In this document: positions 18,283-28,726 of the stretch, one piece after another | Layout of the letters: each line of letters begins with the position of its first letter | How positions within the stretch are numbered: the stretch's first letter is position 1 | Assembly (NCBI GenBank): GCA_043827025.1 | Contig: JBDRPL010000030.1 | Coordinates: 1-48,499, forward strand | DNA: 48,499 bases | Origin: Candidatus Micrarchaeota archaeon | GTDB taxonomy: Archaea; Micrarchaeota; Micrarchaeia; Anstonellales; Bilamarchaeaceae | Direction of reading: 5' to 3' | Made by a program: the position numbers and the translations under genes | Notes under the pieces: model-generated | The model's input: only the letters and a program-made list of their open reading frames with translations | What the model was told of the DNA's origin: nothing | Databases searched by the model: none

Positions 18283-19194
18283 GTGACTATGTTGCGTGAA
18301 ATTTCATTGGAAGAGGCGAAACCCATCTGGGATAAATTTGTTCCTGAAAAAGAAGTTTGGACAGACAACTGGGACATTAGAATAGAATTGTGCAAAGTAT
18401 ACAACTACAAACCCCTTATATTTTACGATGGAAAGAATTTCTTCCCTTTGCAGTATGATCCTGATTCTAGAATACATTCAATTATCGGAGGGGAATCTGT
18501 GGAGAAGAATTATTTGACATTTGACCCTGAAGTCATAAAAACAGCAAAAGAACTCCCGGAAGACATACTCTTTGATTTTATGGATGAGAAATTCGAAGGC
18601 TGTGTGGAAAGTTTGTGCCCACAATTCTTCATTGATCTGACCAAAGTAAACAGCATAGAAGATTTTATGCAGCGATTCTCAGGCAAGCAGAAGAAGAATT
18701 TCAGGATGTCCCTTGAGAAATTCGGGGAATATGAATTCAGGAAACAGGGGAATATGGAGGAATTAGCAAAACTGAATATAGGTATGTTCGGCCAGGATTC
18801 TGACTTTTTGACTGAAGGCAGGGTGTGCTATGAAATACTTGACCGCGATCCTCGTACCGAGTACTGGTCGATTCTGAAGAATGGAGAAACAGTTGTGATA
18901 ACCCAATATTTTTTTTATGGCACCACTATGTCAGTGTCCGTCTGGGGCGTGCATGAGAACTACAAGGACACTCTTAAAGTGGCGATTAAAGAGGCCATAA
19001 ACCTTGCAAAAAGCAAAGGATGTGCGCGGATAGACTATGCTCCAACATATTCAAGCTGGAAATTTCTGTACAAATTGGATACTGCGCCTTTGTGGAGATA
19101 TAAAAAAGGGAATGTCCCTGATTCAATTGAAACCCCTGGCTACCATATTCCTGAAGAGGAGAGAGCACGGCTTAAATCCGAAGGAAAGCTATAA
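18283..19194 (+). CDS. GNAT-fold (FemAB/Acetyltransf_6-like) protein
   Basis: FFIDL...IEDFMQRFSGKQKKNFR and AINLAKSKGCARIDY patterns. Confidence 0.6.
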   Translation: MTMLREISLEEAKPIWDKFVPEKEVWTDNWDIRIELCKVYNYKPLIFYDGKNFFPLQYDPDSRIHSIIGGESVEKNYLTFDPEVIKTAKELPEDILFDFMDEKFEGCVESLCPQFFIDLTKVNSIEDFMQRFSGKQKKNFRMSLEKFGEYEFRKQGNMEELAKLNIGMFGQDSDFLTEGRVCYEILDRDPRTEYWSILKNGETVVITQYFFYGTTMSVSVWGVHENYKDTLKVAIKEAINLAKSKGCARIDYAPTYSSWKFLYKLDTAPLWRYKKGNVPDSIETPGYHIPEEERARLKSEGKL

Positions 19195-19198
19195 CCAA

Positions 19199-20161
19199 TC
19201 ATCTTAACGGATTCAACATCCTTTCTTCCACAACAGAAATGAAATGGTGCTTCCCTATCACATGGCCGAATTTTGTCTTTATGTCCTTGGTGAATTGATG
19301 AAGTTCTGAGTTATTCCTTACGATTATGTCAAGCTCTATGTCCCAACTTCCAATGGCCTTGTTAAGAAAAATAACGTCATCATGCTCCTTGCAGAAGTCA
19401 AGGAATTTGCTTTCATCGCCCGGGTTTATGTTCCTAAGCCCTATGAGCAATTTATAGTAATTGAAGCCAAGTTTCTTTGCATCATACCATGCAGTGTACC
19501 CCAGGATATAGTTTTGCTTCACCAGATTCTTGATCCTGTATTGGACAGAATCCGAAGTCAATCCGACTTTCTTGGCAATGTTAACAGTGCTTTCCCTTGC
19601 ATTTTGATATAAACAAGAAAGTATGTGTATATCTAATTTATCAGGAAGCTCAATTTCTGCAACCCTTTCAATAGGCAGTTCTGGATGACGAGGAGCATCA
19701 AGAGCCTTGTTCCAGGAAAGATAGGTTTGATAGCTTGTTGAGATGACTGTTTTCTCAACGATTTTCTTTCCGAAATTCTGGAGCACCAGTGCCAGCGCTT
19801 TTTCTACTTCAATTTCATCCTTTGCGATTATTCTCCAAAGCACATCATATTCCCCTTCACAGATTACGCCCCACACTGTCCTCGAATAGGATTCAAACAA
19901 CTCCAGAACTTCCCTTTCTGTTTTATCATCCATGACATCAAATTTGAAATAAAGGCGATAGGGTTTGAGGCCAAGTTTTGCAAAATTAACGTCTGCAAAC
20001 AACAATACAACAACACCGTCTGCCTGAAGCCTTCTCAATCTCCGTTCAACAGCACTGCTGCTGAGCTTGAGCTTCTTTCCCATCTCGGTGAAACTCGTTC
20101 TCGAATCAAGATAAATGAGCATAAGTAGCTCCTTGTCTTTCTTGTCCACCTTAATAGTCAT
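19199..20161 (-). CDS. Tandem (double) Lrp/AsnC family transcriptional regulator
   Basis: Two HTH-RAM units: DKKDKELL...DSRTSFTEMGKKLKLS and DKLDIHIL...NARESTVNIAKKVGLT; GEYDV and GSWDI. Confidence 0.9.
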   Translation of the reverse strand: MTIKVDKKDKELLMLIYLDSRTSFTEMGKKLKLSSSAVERRLRRLQADGVVVLLFADVNFAKLGLKPYRLYFKFDVMDDKTEREVLELFESYSRTVWGVICEGEYDVLWRIIAKDEIEVEKALALVLQNFGKKIVEKTVISTSYQTYLSWNKALDAPRHPELPIERVAEIELPDKLDIHILSCLYQNARESTVNIAKKVGLTSDSVQYRIKNLVKQNYILGYTAWYDAKKLGFNYYKLLIGLRNINPGDESKFLDFCKEHDDVIFLNKAIGSWDIELDIIVRNNSELHQFTKDIKTKFGHVIGKHHFISVVEERMLNPLR

Positions 20162-20265
20162 ATTGCTAATTTACCAAATAATACTTATATATATTTCGGT
20201 TTTCTTGCGTTTTTTATTGAAAGATATTAAGTATTCTGTATGAGGAGTTATAGTTGGTGGGGAAT

Positions 20266-20856
20266 ATGGTAGAAGAAAACGATGAAAACAGAGATGCAAT
20301 CCATAGAATTGCAGAAAAAAAGATGGAAGAAATATTGAACCGAGGAGAACATGACCTGAAGTTGGATGTGGAAAAGATATTGTCGCATCTGGCGAATGAA
20401 AGAATCGAACTCCCGTACGAAGTACAACAGTTCCTATTACTCAAGAGAATTGAAGGATATGTTGGTGAGCTTAGACAAGGAGCTGTATCTAGGATATTCA
20501 ATTCTGGACAAAGCAAGGAAGTGAGGGATGCTACAATAGAAGCGATCAGAATAATTGCAAGAGGCCAACTTGAAGGACTGGAAGGAGATAAATTCGAAGA
20601 AATGGCCAGATTCTTGGAATGGGATGTTTTAGATGGCGCAATACCTCGATACTCCCAGAATTTTCACGATAAAAAGAAGCATCTGCTTGAAGAAGGGGGC
20701 ACAGATTTGAGCCGAACAGTTAGGGATATTGCACAGGAGTTACGCAATAACAGAAACCCTCTTGCAAAGGATGGTGAGCTTCTGGATGGAAACCCAAGGA
20801 CACCTGCAGCTCCTGCTATACAAAACGGAAAATCAGTTCAGAAAACAATAAGATGA
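20266..20856 (+). CDS. Hypothetical helical protein with an RNPLAKDGE C-terminal motif
   Basis: About 196-aa ORF divergent from the Lrp gene; tail shared with 34550-36412. Confidence 0.7.
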   Translation: MVEENDENRDAIHRIAEKKMEEILNRGEHDLKLDVEKILSHLANERIELPYEVQQFLLLKRIEGYVGELRQGAVSRIFNSGQSKEVRDATIEAIRIIARGQLEGLEGDKFEEMARFLEWDVLDGAIPRYSQNFHDKKKHLLEEGGTDLSRTVRDIAQELRNNRNPLAKDGELLDGNPRTPAAPAIQNGKSVQKTIR

Positions 20857-20857
20857 A

Positions 20858-21550
20858 ATGGTGATAACCATGGTACAAAAACTAAAAAGAAATGATCGGA
20901 AATTTGGAGAAAGGGTTAGAGGAGTTGCAAGACGAATCGCAGTTAGTGCAATGATAATTGGAGCTGTATTCTTACTGCCCGGAAAGGCAAGTGCTGGGGG
21001 ATCTATTGAATTAATGGCAGGAAAGAAAACTGCAACTACAGATGTCAAGGCATCGGCACAGATTACTGATAAGATTGGCTTGTTCGCAAGAGGTCGGACA
21101 ACTACAGATTTGGCTGCACACAATTTGTCCACATTCGGATTGGTTGACCTAAGTTTAAATTTGGCTGGCCCTGTGGAAATGGTGATGGAAACGCAAATGG
21201 CAAGCGGAACAGCTACTCCTAGATTCGGTTTGCAATACTTCGGAGTTTTGGGAGATTTCTCAATCTACACATTGCTTACAGCAAGCCATGGAGCAACTCC
21301 AGATATAGAGTCTTTGACCTCAATAATGTTCACACCTACTCTGACAGAGGGTGTCAAACTGCTTGCACAAATCGAGAACATAACCAATGGCACATTAGAC
21401 GCACACTCATTCAGCATACAGCGAATTAGAATGGGTTTAAGCACACTGGATGGCAAACTTGTATTCGGACCTGCATTGGATTTGCTTGAAGTCGGAAAAG
21501 ATGGAACCACAACTCAAAATGTCGGTGGATTTGTTTCTGGGAAATTTTAA
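20858..21550 (+). CDS. Secreted beta-strand-rich protein, outer-membrane beta-barrel-like
   Basis: Basic n-region, hydrophobic h-region and ASA cleavage site; about 12 amphipathic strands; ends NVGGFVSGKF. Confidence 0.6.
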   Translation: MVITMVQKLKRNDRKFGERVRGVARRIAVSAMIIGAVFLLPGKASAGGSIELMAGKKTATTDVKASAQITDKIGLFARGRTTTDLAAHNLSTFGLVDLSLNLAGPVEMVMETQMASGTATPRFGLQYFGVLGDFSIYTLLTASHGATPDIESLTSIMFTPTLTEGVKLLAQIENITNGTLDAHSFSIQRIRMGLSTLDGKLVFGPALDLLEVGKDGTTTQNVGGFVSGKF

Positions 21551-21571
21551 TCTTTCTTATTTTTCTTCAAT

Positions 21572-22321
21572 TTACGCGACCCTGGCAAATGCCTCAAGCA
21601 AACCTGCATAGATCTGCACGACATACGAACCAATCCTGTCAAGTGTTTCCCGTATGTGCGGAATCTGTCCAAGACACTCATTTCCGACATTTACAAAATA
21701 ATTAGCTTCAGCACATGAAGGCAAGTTGCCAGCTATAGGAACGCGAATCAAATCAAACTCAGGAATCCGTTCAACCAAACCTCCAATGTCCACGCGAGAT
21801 ATTCTTAAACCAAGATCCCAGATAAGAAGTGCAGCTTCGACTAAAAGCAAACCCTCACTTAAAATCCATTCTTTTTTCGCAGGGAATCCGGGGAATACAT
21901 CGCAATCCACAGTAACTCCAACCTCACCATCGGCAAATTCCAAGCCCCTGTTTACAGCCCTAATTCTTTCCTCAGTAGATTTTATCGGAGTTATAATCTC
22001 TATTTTTTGGTTATCCCTTGTAAACGCCATATGGCTACGAGCAGAGACGTATCCGTCTGAGCCACAATCCGCGTGAGCATCAATATTAAGCTTAAGCCTT
22101 ATGCCTGTGCGAGTAAAAAAGTAGGATTCGCAATGCTGATAACCGTCACCCCAAAGAAAGGCAGCCTTTCCTTCAATCTTCAAAAGTTGTTCTACCCTCC
22201 TCTCCTGATCCTGATGCAAACCAATAAACTCACACTGCCCCAGTCTTTCCAGCAAACGCAGTTTTGAAACTATAACCTGGTTTGCCTGGGTTGGCGAATA
22301 ATATACTATAAGCTTCTGCAT
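21572..22321 (-). CDS. Divergent arginase/ureohydrolase-fold protein
   Basis: GDG..H, LNIDAHADC, VTVDCDVF metal-ligand motifs. Confidence 0.6.
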   Translation of the reverse strand: MQKLIVYYSPTQANQVIVSKLRLLERLGQCEFIGLHQDQERRVEQLLKIEGKAAFLWGDGYQHCESYFFTRTGIRLKLNIDAHADCGSDGYVSARSHMAFTRDNQKIEIITPIKSTEERIRAVNRGLEFADGEVGVTVDCDVFPGFPAKKEWILSEGLLLVEAALLIWDLGLRISRVDIGGLVERIPEFDLIRVPIAGNLPSCAEANYFVNVGNECLGQIPHIRETLDRIGSYVVQIYAGLLEAFARVA

Positions 22322-22357
22322 GGATAAATAGTGTTAGCAAATGATTTAAAATGCATA

Positions 22358-23005
22358 TTATAAAAGAACCCTTCCCAATCTAATCATATCACTTCCTTCT
22401 TTTATCGCTATTTGGTAGTCTTCACTCATACCCATTGATGTTTTGAGCTTGTATTTGTCAGCCAGTTTCTTGACTTCTACGAAAACCTGCTTCTTATTTT
22501 CCCCTAAAGTACCCATTGACATCAAACCAATCAATTTGATGTTTGGAAGTGTTCTGACAAATTGAACAAGATCACCGACTTCCTTTGGAGACACTCCCGC
22601 CTGATCCTTGTTATAATCGGCATTCACCTGAATATACACATCGACATTCAGCTTCTCCTCAACCGCAACCTTCGAAATCTTTTCCGCCAGTTTCCTAGAA
22701 TCAACAGTTTGTATTGTCCCAAATAATTTAACCGCATCACGGACCTTATTGCTCTGGAGATGGCCGATGAAATGATAGCGTTCCCTTGGAACTTTTGTCC
22801 AGCGCTTCAGTGCATCCTGTAGATAATTCTCACCGAAAACAAGCTCATTGAATCTAATCAGGTCTGCAACGTGTTCATTATGTGCGTATTTACATGCGAA
22901 CAGAATTTGCACGTGATTCGGAATCAAACGCGAGATTTCAGCATACCTTATCACGTGTTTGGGAAAGAAATTCGCGATTTCTTCGGGTCTTTGTGGAGCG
23001 GGCAT
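22358..23005 (-). CDS. yggS: YggS/PLPBP pyridoxal phosphate homeostasis protein
   Basis: FGENYLQD, HFIGHLQSNKV, IQVN, GLMSM, SMGMSEDYQIAIKEGSDMIRLG. Confidence 0.93.
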   Translation of the reverse strand: MPAPQRPEEIANFFPKHVIRYAEISRLIPNHVQILFACKYAHNEHVADLIRFNELVFGENYLQDALKRWTKVPRERYHFIGHLQSNKVRDAVKLFGTIQTVDSRKLAEKISKVAVEEKLNVDVYIQVNADYNKDQAGVSPKEVGDLVQFVRTLPNIKLIGLMSMGTLGENKKQVFVEVKKLADKYKLKTSMGMSEDYQIAIKEGSDMIRLGRVLL

Positions 23006-23046
23006 AGCAATTTATATATAAGGCAAAACAAATAAAACCGAGTCTG

Positions 23047-23652
23047 ATGAAAACAACAAACTGGCAGAAGATTAGCATTGTGGCCAAGGTACTTTGCCTC
23101 ATAGGTATTGCACTTACCCTTGAGCAGCTTGCAGCAGCCACTTTCTCCTATTTCATAGTCACAGAAATAAGCCTGTTTTCCGGAGAAAGTGATATGGCGC
23201 TTGCGACCATCATGGTAATTGCAACCACAATACCAATGTTCATGATATGCGGGTTCTTTTCACTGGTGCTGGTCGCATTCAGCAGAATGGCCCTGGGAGT
23301 GAAGTTTGAAAACCTGCTGAAGCCACCTGAAGAAAAAGAAGCATCGAAATGGGCTTTGGTATATTTATGGTGCTTTGTTGTGGCTGTAGAAATAGCTCTG
23401 GTGACTTCTGAATACCTGAAAACAGCGGATGCACAAGCAAGAAGTGTAGGGGTAGACCCTTTATTTATCAACATATTAGTCATAATCTGGTTCCTTGTGC
23501 TGGCGAAATATTTTGAGTATGCTAATAAAGAAGTGAAAAAAATGAAAACAAGATATGCTAAAAAGCTCAAAGAGAATCATAAACCTTCTTCAGAACAACT
23601 GCATCCGACTCAAGCACAGGCGATTCACAAACAACGCAACCGCAAACCTTGA
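23047..23652 (+). CDS. Hypothetical membrane protein (about 4 TM helices)
   Basis: Four hydrophobic segments; 3' end overlaps the convergent nfo gene. Confidence 0.6.
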   Translation: MKTTNWQKISIVAKVLCLIGIALTLEQLAAATFSYFIVTEISLFSGESDMALATIMVIATTIPMFMICGFFSLVLVAFSRMALGVKFENLLKPPEEKEASKWALVYLWCFVVAVEIALVTSEYLKTADAQARSVGVDPLFINILVIIWFLVLAKYFEYANKEVKKMKTRYAKKLKENHKPSSEQLHPTQAQAIHKQRNRKP

Positions 23653-24400
23653 ATTCCTTTAATGCTTTCATTAAATTCTTATAGTCCCATTTTGGATCAT
23701 CTGCCATTGAAAGGTGATTCTTCTCTCCCTTTTCACTGTAAGCAATTCCTTGTGCGTGAATATGCATGTTCTTCAAAGCTTCCTTTCCAAGTCCTTTTTC
23801 TATCTGCTCCAAGACACTTGAGTAATCTTCGTAAGAATTCATCTTTCCATTCAAACAGGCTCGCAGATGGGAAAAATCAATGCATGGTAAGACTTGATCG
23901 AATTCCTGCGACAATTTAATAAGTTCTTCAAGGTTTCCAAACTGAGACAGTTTGCCAGCAGTCTCTGGCCTTATCCAAACCTTCAAACTATGAGATCTCA
24001 CTTCTTCCATCAATTTGGCAAATTGTTTCTTGACATTGTTATAAACATGATCCTTTGGAGCGCCCATGCGGTAGGCAGGATGAAAGCAAACTGAATAACC
24101 ACCACATAACTCAAGTATCCTTGCCGCCTGAAGGACTCTAGATCGAGACGCACCTGCTTTCGCAGGTTCAGAAGCATTGAAATTTATGAAATAGGAGCCG
24201 TGGGCAGTCAATTTTATGTGCGATTCATCTGCAACCTTCTTCACACCTGGCGCCTTTTCCTTTGAAATATTGACATTCCTGACAAACTCCAATTCCATCC
24301 CAGTCAAGCCAAGCTCATGCGCTCTTTTGATCCCATTCTCAGTAGTGCGATCCTCCGTGGAAAGAGGAATGCCTGCTGTTCCGAAATGAAGTTTGTCCAT
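23567..24400 (-). CDS. nfo: Endonuclease IV (archaeal AP endonuclease 2 family)
   Basis: FGTAGIP, MELEFVR, LTAHGSYFIN, FHPAY, RPETAGK, CIDFSH, HIH, GEKNH, VCESP. Confidence 0.9.
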   Translation of the reverse strand: MDKLHFGTAGIPLSTEDRTTENGIKRAHELGLTGMELEFVRNVNISKEKAPGVKKVADESHIKLTAHGSYFINFNASEPAKAGASRSRVLQAARILELCGGYSVCFHPAYRMGAPKDHVYNNVKKQFAKLMEEVRSHSLKVWIRPETAGKLSQFGNLEELIKLSQEFDQVLPCIDFSHLRACLNGKMNSYEDYSSVLEQIEKGLGKEALKNMHIHAQGIAYSEKGEKNHLSMADDPKWDYKNLMKALKEFKVCGCVVCESPVLESDAVVLKKVYDSL

Positions 24401-24470
24401 ACAAAAAATAAAAAGGCAAAGAATTTAAGCATTAGCTGTAAATTTCATGCAAAACAAGAGGTGTTTGAAT

Positions 24471-24713
24471 ATGGGAAGCGGATTTGTATGTACGTCTTGC
24501 AACAAAAAATGGCCTTTGAAATTCGAGGCTGGACAATTGCCTGCAGGCTGTGCAAAGTGCAAGATGATGTATGCTGCAAAGGGAAACCTGAACGATGATT
24601 TCACCATGACACTTACTGAAAAGAAGTGTAAGAAATGCAAGGGTGATTTAGAGCCATTTGCAGGAAAATGCCCAAACTGCGGGAAAATGTCAGTAAGCAT
24701 GGCAGAGATGTAG
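24471..24713 (+). CDS. Small multi-CxxC zinc-ribbon protein
   Basis: CTSC, CAKC, CKKC, CPNC. Confidence 0.65.
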   Translation: MGSGFVCTSCNKKWPLKFEAGQLPAGCAKCKMMYAAKGNLNDDFTMTLTEKKCKKCKGDLEPFAGKCPNCGKMSVSMAEM

Positions 24714-24814
24714 AATTTTATTATTTTTTTTATTTATTTTTTAAACCCCCTCTTCATATTCTTCAGCCAACGCTGGAACAATAGCTCTTTTAATCTCACC
24801 ATACAATCTAAGAT

Positions 24815-25141
24815 ATGGCACGAATAGGAAAATATTTCCAGGAACGCACAGTAAGCAAACCTGTGACACTAAGATTCTATCTTGTAATTGAGAAGAAAGG
24901 GAAGGTACTTTTGAAGCCGATGAAAGAATTGGATACAAAGGCGCCGATGCAGATAATAAAGGGCGTTCTTGAAAATACCATAACTGAAAACTTCTACGCC
25001 CAGCTCATAAATGATTTGAAAAACAGAGGGGTAAAACAAGGTTCCAAAATCCAGGTAAGGGCTGTGTTCGATGAAGAGCATAAGCAGATAAGCCCTGATT
25101 TCAAAGGAATGATAAAACTCTGCGAAGTGGAGATAAAGTAA
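24815..25141 (+). CDS. Hypothetical protein
   Basis: 108-aa ORF upstream of the deaminase. Confidence 0.6.
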   Translation: MARIGKYFQERTVSKPVTLRFYLVIEKKGKVLLKPMKELDTKAPMQIIKGVLENTITENFYAQLINDLKNRGVKQGSKIQVRAVFDEEHKQISPDFKGMIKLCEVEIK

Positions 25142-25159
25142 TATAATTAAAAAGACCGG

Positions 25160-25648
25160 GTGAGGATCACAGACATGGACAAAAACGAATTTTTCATGAA
25201 AAAGGCGATTGAAAAGGCAAAACAGGCGATGAGGTCTGGCCAGACGCCTTTTGGTGCTTGTATTACCAGCAAAGAAGGAAAAATAATAAGCTGCGAGCAT
25301 AATGTAGTCTGGAAGACTACTGATATTACAGCGCATGGTGAGATTCATGCGATAAGAGTTGCATGCAAGAAGATCAAAAACATAAAACTCACTGGCTGCA
25401 CTATTTACTCAACAACAGAACCTTGCCCAATGTGCTTCAGCGCAATCCACTGGGCAGGAATCAAGAAAATAGTTTATGGGGCAAGCATAACAGATGCCCA
25501 AAAGGCAGGATTTAGTGAATTAACAATTTCAAACAAAGAAATGAAAAGAATCGGAAAGTCACCTGTCGGGATCCAAAGCGGATTTATGAGAACGGAGAAT
25601 GTGGAGCTTTTTGAGGAGTTTAGAAGGAAGAAAGGGAAGACATACTAA
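25160..25648 (+). CDS. Nucleoside/guanine deaminase (cytidine deaminase-like Zn fold)
   Basis: PFGACI, DITAHGEIHAIR, EPCPMCFSAIHWA. Confidence 0.88.
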   Translation: MRITDMDKNEFFMKKAIEKAKQAMRSGQTPFGACITSKEGKIISCEHNVVWKTTDITAHGEIHAIRVACKKIKNIKLTGCTIYSTTEPCPMCFSAIHWAGIKKIVYGASITDAQKAGFSELTISNKEMKRIGKSPVGIQSGFMRTENVELFEEFRRKKGKTY

Positions 25649-25691
25649 AAACAAATATTCATAAGCTCTTTTTTCCTAGTATTCGATAGAA

Positions 25692-26960
25692 GTGATACTG
25701 ATGAAACTTACACCCAAAGGAATGAGGGACTTTCTCCCAGATGATATGATACTTCGTGAACAGGTTATCGAGACCATCAAGATGATTTATAGGAAGTATG
25801 GTTTCGTTCCACTGGAAACCCCTGTGATGGAATATCTTAATACTCTTAAGTCAAAGGCAGGGGAAGAAGTCGAAAAGCAGATCTTCGTTCTCGAAGGTAG
25901 AGAGTATGGCCTGAGATTCGACTTAACGGTTCCGCTTGCACGAGTAGCTGCAACAAATGCATTCACAAAACCATTCAAGAGATATTGCATCTCAAGAGTA
26001 TGGAGGCACGAAGAACCTCAAAAAGGAAGATTCAGGGAATTCTGGCAGAGTGATATTGACACAATTGGAAGTGAATCCATGAAGGCTGATGCCGAAATTC
26101 TAAGGTGTGCACATGAGGTTGTGACAACCCTTGGGTTCGACAAGCCAAGGATACTCATAAACAACAGGAAGATAATGAATGGCCTTGCCAAGAAACTCGG
26201 AGTAGGAGAAAAGATTGATGAACTATTGAGGATATTGGACAAAATGGATAAGGTCGGCAAGGAAGGGGTAAAGAAACATCTTGCAGAGCACTTTGACGAG
26301 AAAAGGATAAACGAAGTGTTCTCGCTCATAAGCCTAACTGGAACTAATAAGCAGAAAATCGAATCAGCAAAAAGGCTAAGTGAAGATGGGGCAAAGGAAC
26401 TTGAAGAAATAATCGCACTTTTGCCAGATGTTCCAGTTGAAATAGATCTTTCGCTCGTAAGAGGTTTAGGATATTACACTGGCCCAGTATTTGAAATAAA
26501 ACTAAGCGATGAAATTGGTTCAGTTGCAGGCGGAGGGAGATATGATCATCTGCTTGAGAAATACGGCCAAAAGGATTGTGCTACAGGCATTTCAATAGGA
26601 ATAGAACGGATATTATACCTATTGAATGAAAGGATAAAGAAAAGGGGAAAACAATCAAAAAAGACGTTTACTCAAGTGTTTGTTGCATGCGTGAAACCTG
26701 AATTTTATGATGAAGTTGTAAAGATAGCTAATGAAATACGCAAAGGAAATGTCGATGTGGAAACAGACTTGAACAACAGAAACCTCAGAAAGCAATTGGA
26801 ATATGTGAATGTAATGGGTATTCCCTATGTAATTGTGGTTGGGGAAAAGGAAGTGAAATCAAAGAAAGGGAAAATTAGGAATATGGAAAGCGGCGAAGAA
26901 AGAGAAGTCGAGCTTTACACCCACTTGATGATGCCCAAGGGAAACAAGAATGATGATTAG
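25692..26960 (+). CDS. hisS: Histidine--tRNA ligase
   Basis: PKGMRDF, LRFDLTVPLAR, GRFREFWQSD, LVRGLGYYTG, GGGRYD, GISIGIER. Confidence 0.97.
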   Translation: MILMKLTPKGMRDFLPDDMILREQVIETIKMIYRKYGFVPLETPVMEYLNTLKSKAGEEVEKQIFVLEGREYGLRFDLTVPLARVAATNAFTKPFKRYCISRVWRHEEPQKGRFREFWQSDIDTIGSESMKADAEILRCAHEVVTTLGFDKPRILINNRKIMNGLAKKLGVGEKIDELLRILDKMDKVGKEGVKKHLAEHFDEKRINEVFSLISLTGTNKQKIESAKRLSEDGAKELEEIIALLPDVPVEIDLSLVRGLGYYTGPVFEIKLSDEIGSVAGGGRYDHLLEKYGQKDCATGISIGIERILYLLNERIKKRGKQSKKTFTQVFVACVKPEFYDEVVKIANEIRKGNVDVETDLNNRNLRKQLEYVNVMGIPYVIVVGEKEVKSKKGKIRNMESGEEREVELYTHLMMPKGNKNDD

Positions 26961-26971
26961 AGGATTGGATC

Positions 26972-27355
26972 ATGAAAAAAGAATTGCAATTAATTGCACT
27001 TATATGTGTGATCCTGCTTTTCGCAGGATGCACAAGCCAAACGGATGAAAAAAAGGAAGTGAATGACATGAAAAATAATACTAAAAAGAATGAAACGATG
27101 AACTCTGTAACAGTTCAAGAAACCACAGTCGGCCAAGTTGGACCTTACAGTGTAGGTGTTGGAAATATTTACCAAGATAGCAGTGATAAAAAAGTCAGGG
27201 CAACACTTGCATTCTTCAGAGACGAACCAAAGGAAGAGAAGACATTTCGAGCCATGCAAGGCGAAACTGTAAAAATAGGCAACTTGACAGTGATTGTGGA
27301 TCAAATTGAAATCGAAACCAACGGAGACAGCTGGGTAGTGCTAAGGTGGAAATAA
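26972..27355 (+). CDS. Putative lipoprotein
   Basis: MKK, hydrophobic stretch, LFAGC lipobox. Confidence 0.7.
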   Translation: MKKELQLIALICVILLFAGCTSQTDEKKEVNDMKNNTKKNETMNSVTVQETTVGQVGPYSVGVGNIYQDSSDKKVRATLAFFRDEPKEEKTFRAMQGETVKIGNLTVIVDQIEIETNGDSWVVLRWK

Positions 27356-28726
27356 ATGCACAGCCACATCAAAAAAATAACCAAAAGAGTGTTTCCGCTT
27401 GCACCAGTAGCATTATTCTTGATGTTCATAATACTTTTGTTTTCGATAGTTAGGGTCAGCATTTTCGGAGAAGTGCCTGAAGAAAAACACGTCTTTTTCG
27501 AGATAAGCCTGCTTCTTTTGCTTGCAGTGCTGGCTGAGTTGACTGTCGTTTACCTCAGACAACCTACTGTGATAATCTTAATGCTACTAGGGGCTGCAAT
27601 GAGCCCAAGCGTAATCGGAATAGATATATTCAGAGATGAAAAGGTCATTGAAATATTCGCACAGCTAGGTGCCATTTTCCTTTTGTTCAGGGTAGGCCTG
27701 CACAGCGAAGTCAAGAAGATATTCTCAAAAGAAAATGCAGTTGTTGCAACACTCGGAATAATTGTCCCATTCATAGCAGGTATTGCATATGCAATGTACA
27801 CAGGAGGAAATTTCATTTTCTCTATGTTTCTTGGAACTGCGCTCACCGCAACCAGTGTAGGAGTATCTGTTGCAATATTGAAAGAAGCCAAGCTATTGAA
27901 AGAGAAATTCGCAGAAGTATTGATAGGTGCAGCAGTTATTGATGATGTACTTGGACTTCTTATACTTTCTTTTGTTTTGGGAGTACCTGCAGGATATGAC
28001 TTCCAACAGATAATGGTACAGGTGCCTCTCGAAATATCGTCAATAGTTACAAGCATAGTTTCGCTCAAATTGCCTGACCCCGCGTCAATTCCAATCCTAG
28101 ACCCTATAATAAAGGTCACAGCTGCCACGGTGATATTGATAGGTGGAGGAATAATGGCTGGAAAATGGTTCGTCAGAAAGTTTATGGATAAAGAATCATT
28201 AGGCGGAAACCTCATACTCATTGTAGTTGCATTTTTGCTTGTATATGCTTACATCGCAGAATACATAGGGCTTTCTTCGATAGTGGGAGCATTCGTCGCA
28301 GGACTCATAATTTCAAGGTCAAAGCACTTGCACGACATAGAGACTCAAGTCTACCCTGTAGAAGCAATCTTTACTCCGATATTCTTCATATCTCTTGGCC
28401 TTCTTGTAGATGTTAAGATGATTGGCGAATTCCTTGTTCCGATAATCGTGATAAGCATAATTGCAGTCCTTGCAAAATTGATCGGATGTGGAATTGGAGC
28501 ATTGGCATCAGGGATCAGCAAACTGGAATCAGCCATAATTGGTTTCGGAATGTCCCCAAGAGGAGAGGTTGCGCTTATTGTTGCATTGATAGGGTTGACA
28601 AAAGGAGTGCTCAATGCATCAGAATATGCAATAATAGCCTCAATGGCAATTGTAACTACGTTATTCCCGCCATTGGTTATGAATTACCTGATTGCAAAAA
28701 GAGAGAAAAATAAAAAAATTCAGTAG
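27356..28726 (+). CDS. Cation:proton antiporter (CPA2, Kef/NapA-like)
   Basis: LTATSVGV, GAAVIDDVLG, VGAFVAG, PIFFISLG, GMSPRGEV. Confidence 0.9.
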   Translation: MHSHIKKITKRVFPLAPVALFLMFIILLFSIVRVSIFGEVPEEKHVFFEISLLLLLAVLAELTVVYLRQPTVIILMLLGAAMSPSVIGIDIFRDEKVIEIFAQLGAIFLLFRVGLHSEVKKIFSKENAVVATLGIIVPFIAGIAYAMYTGGNFIFSMFLGTALTATSVGVSVAILKEAKLLKEKFAEVLIGAAVIDDVLGLLILSFVLGVPAGYDFQQIMVQVPLEISSIVTSIVSLKLPDPASIPILDPIIKVTAATVILIGGGIMAGKWFVRKFMDKESLGGNLILIVVAFLLVYAYIAEYIGLSSIVGAFVAGLIISRSKHLHDIETQVYPVEAIFTPIFFISLGLLVDVKMIGEFLVPIIVISIIAVLAKLIGCGIGALASGISKLESAIIGFGMSPRGEVALIVALIGLTKGVLNASEYAIIASMAIVTTLFPPLVMNYLIAKREKNKKIQ

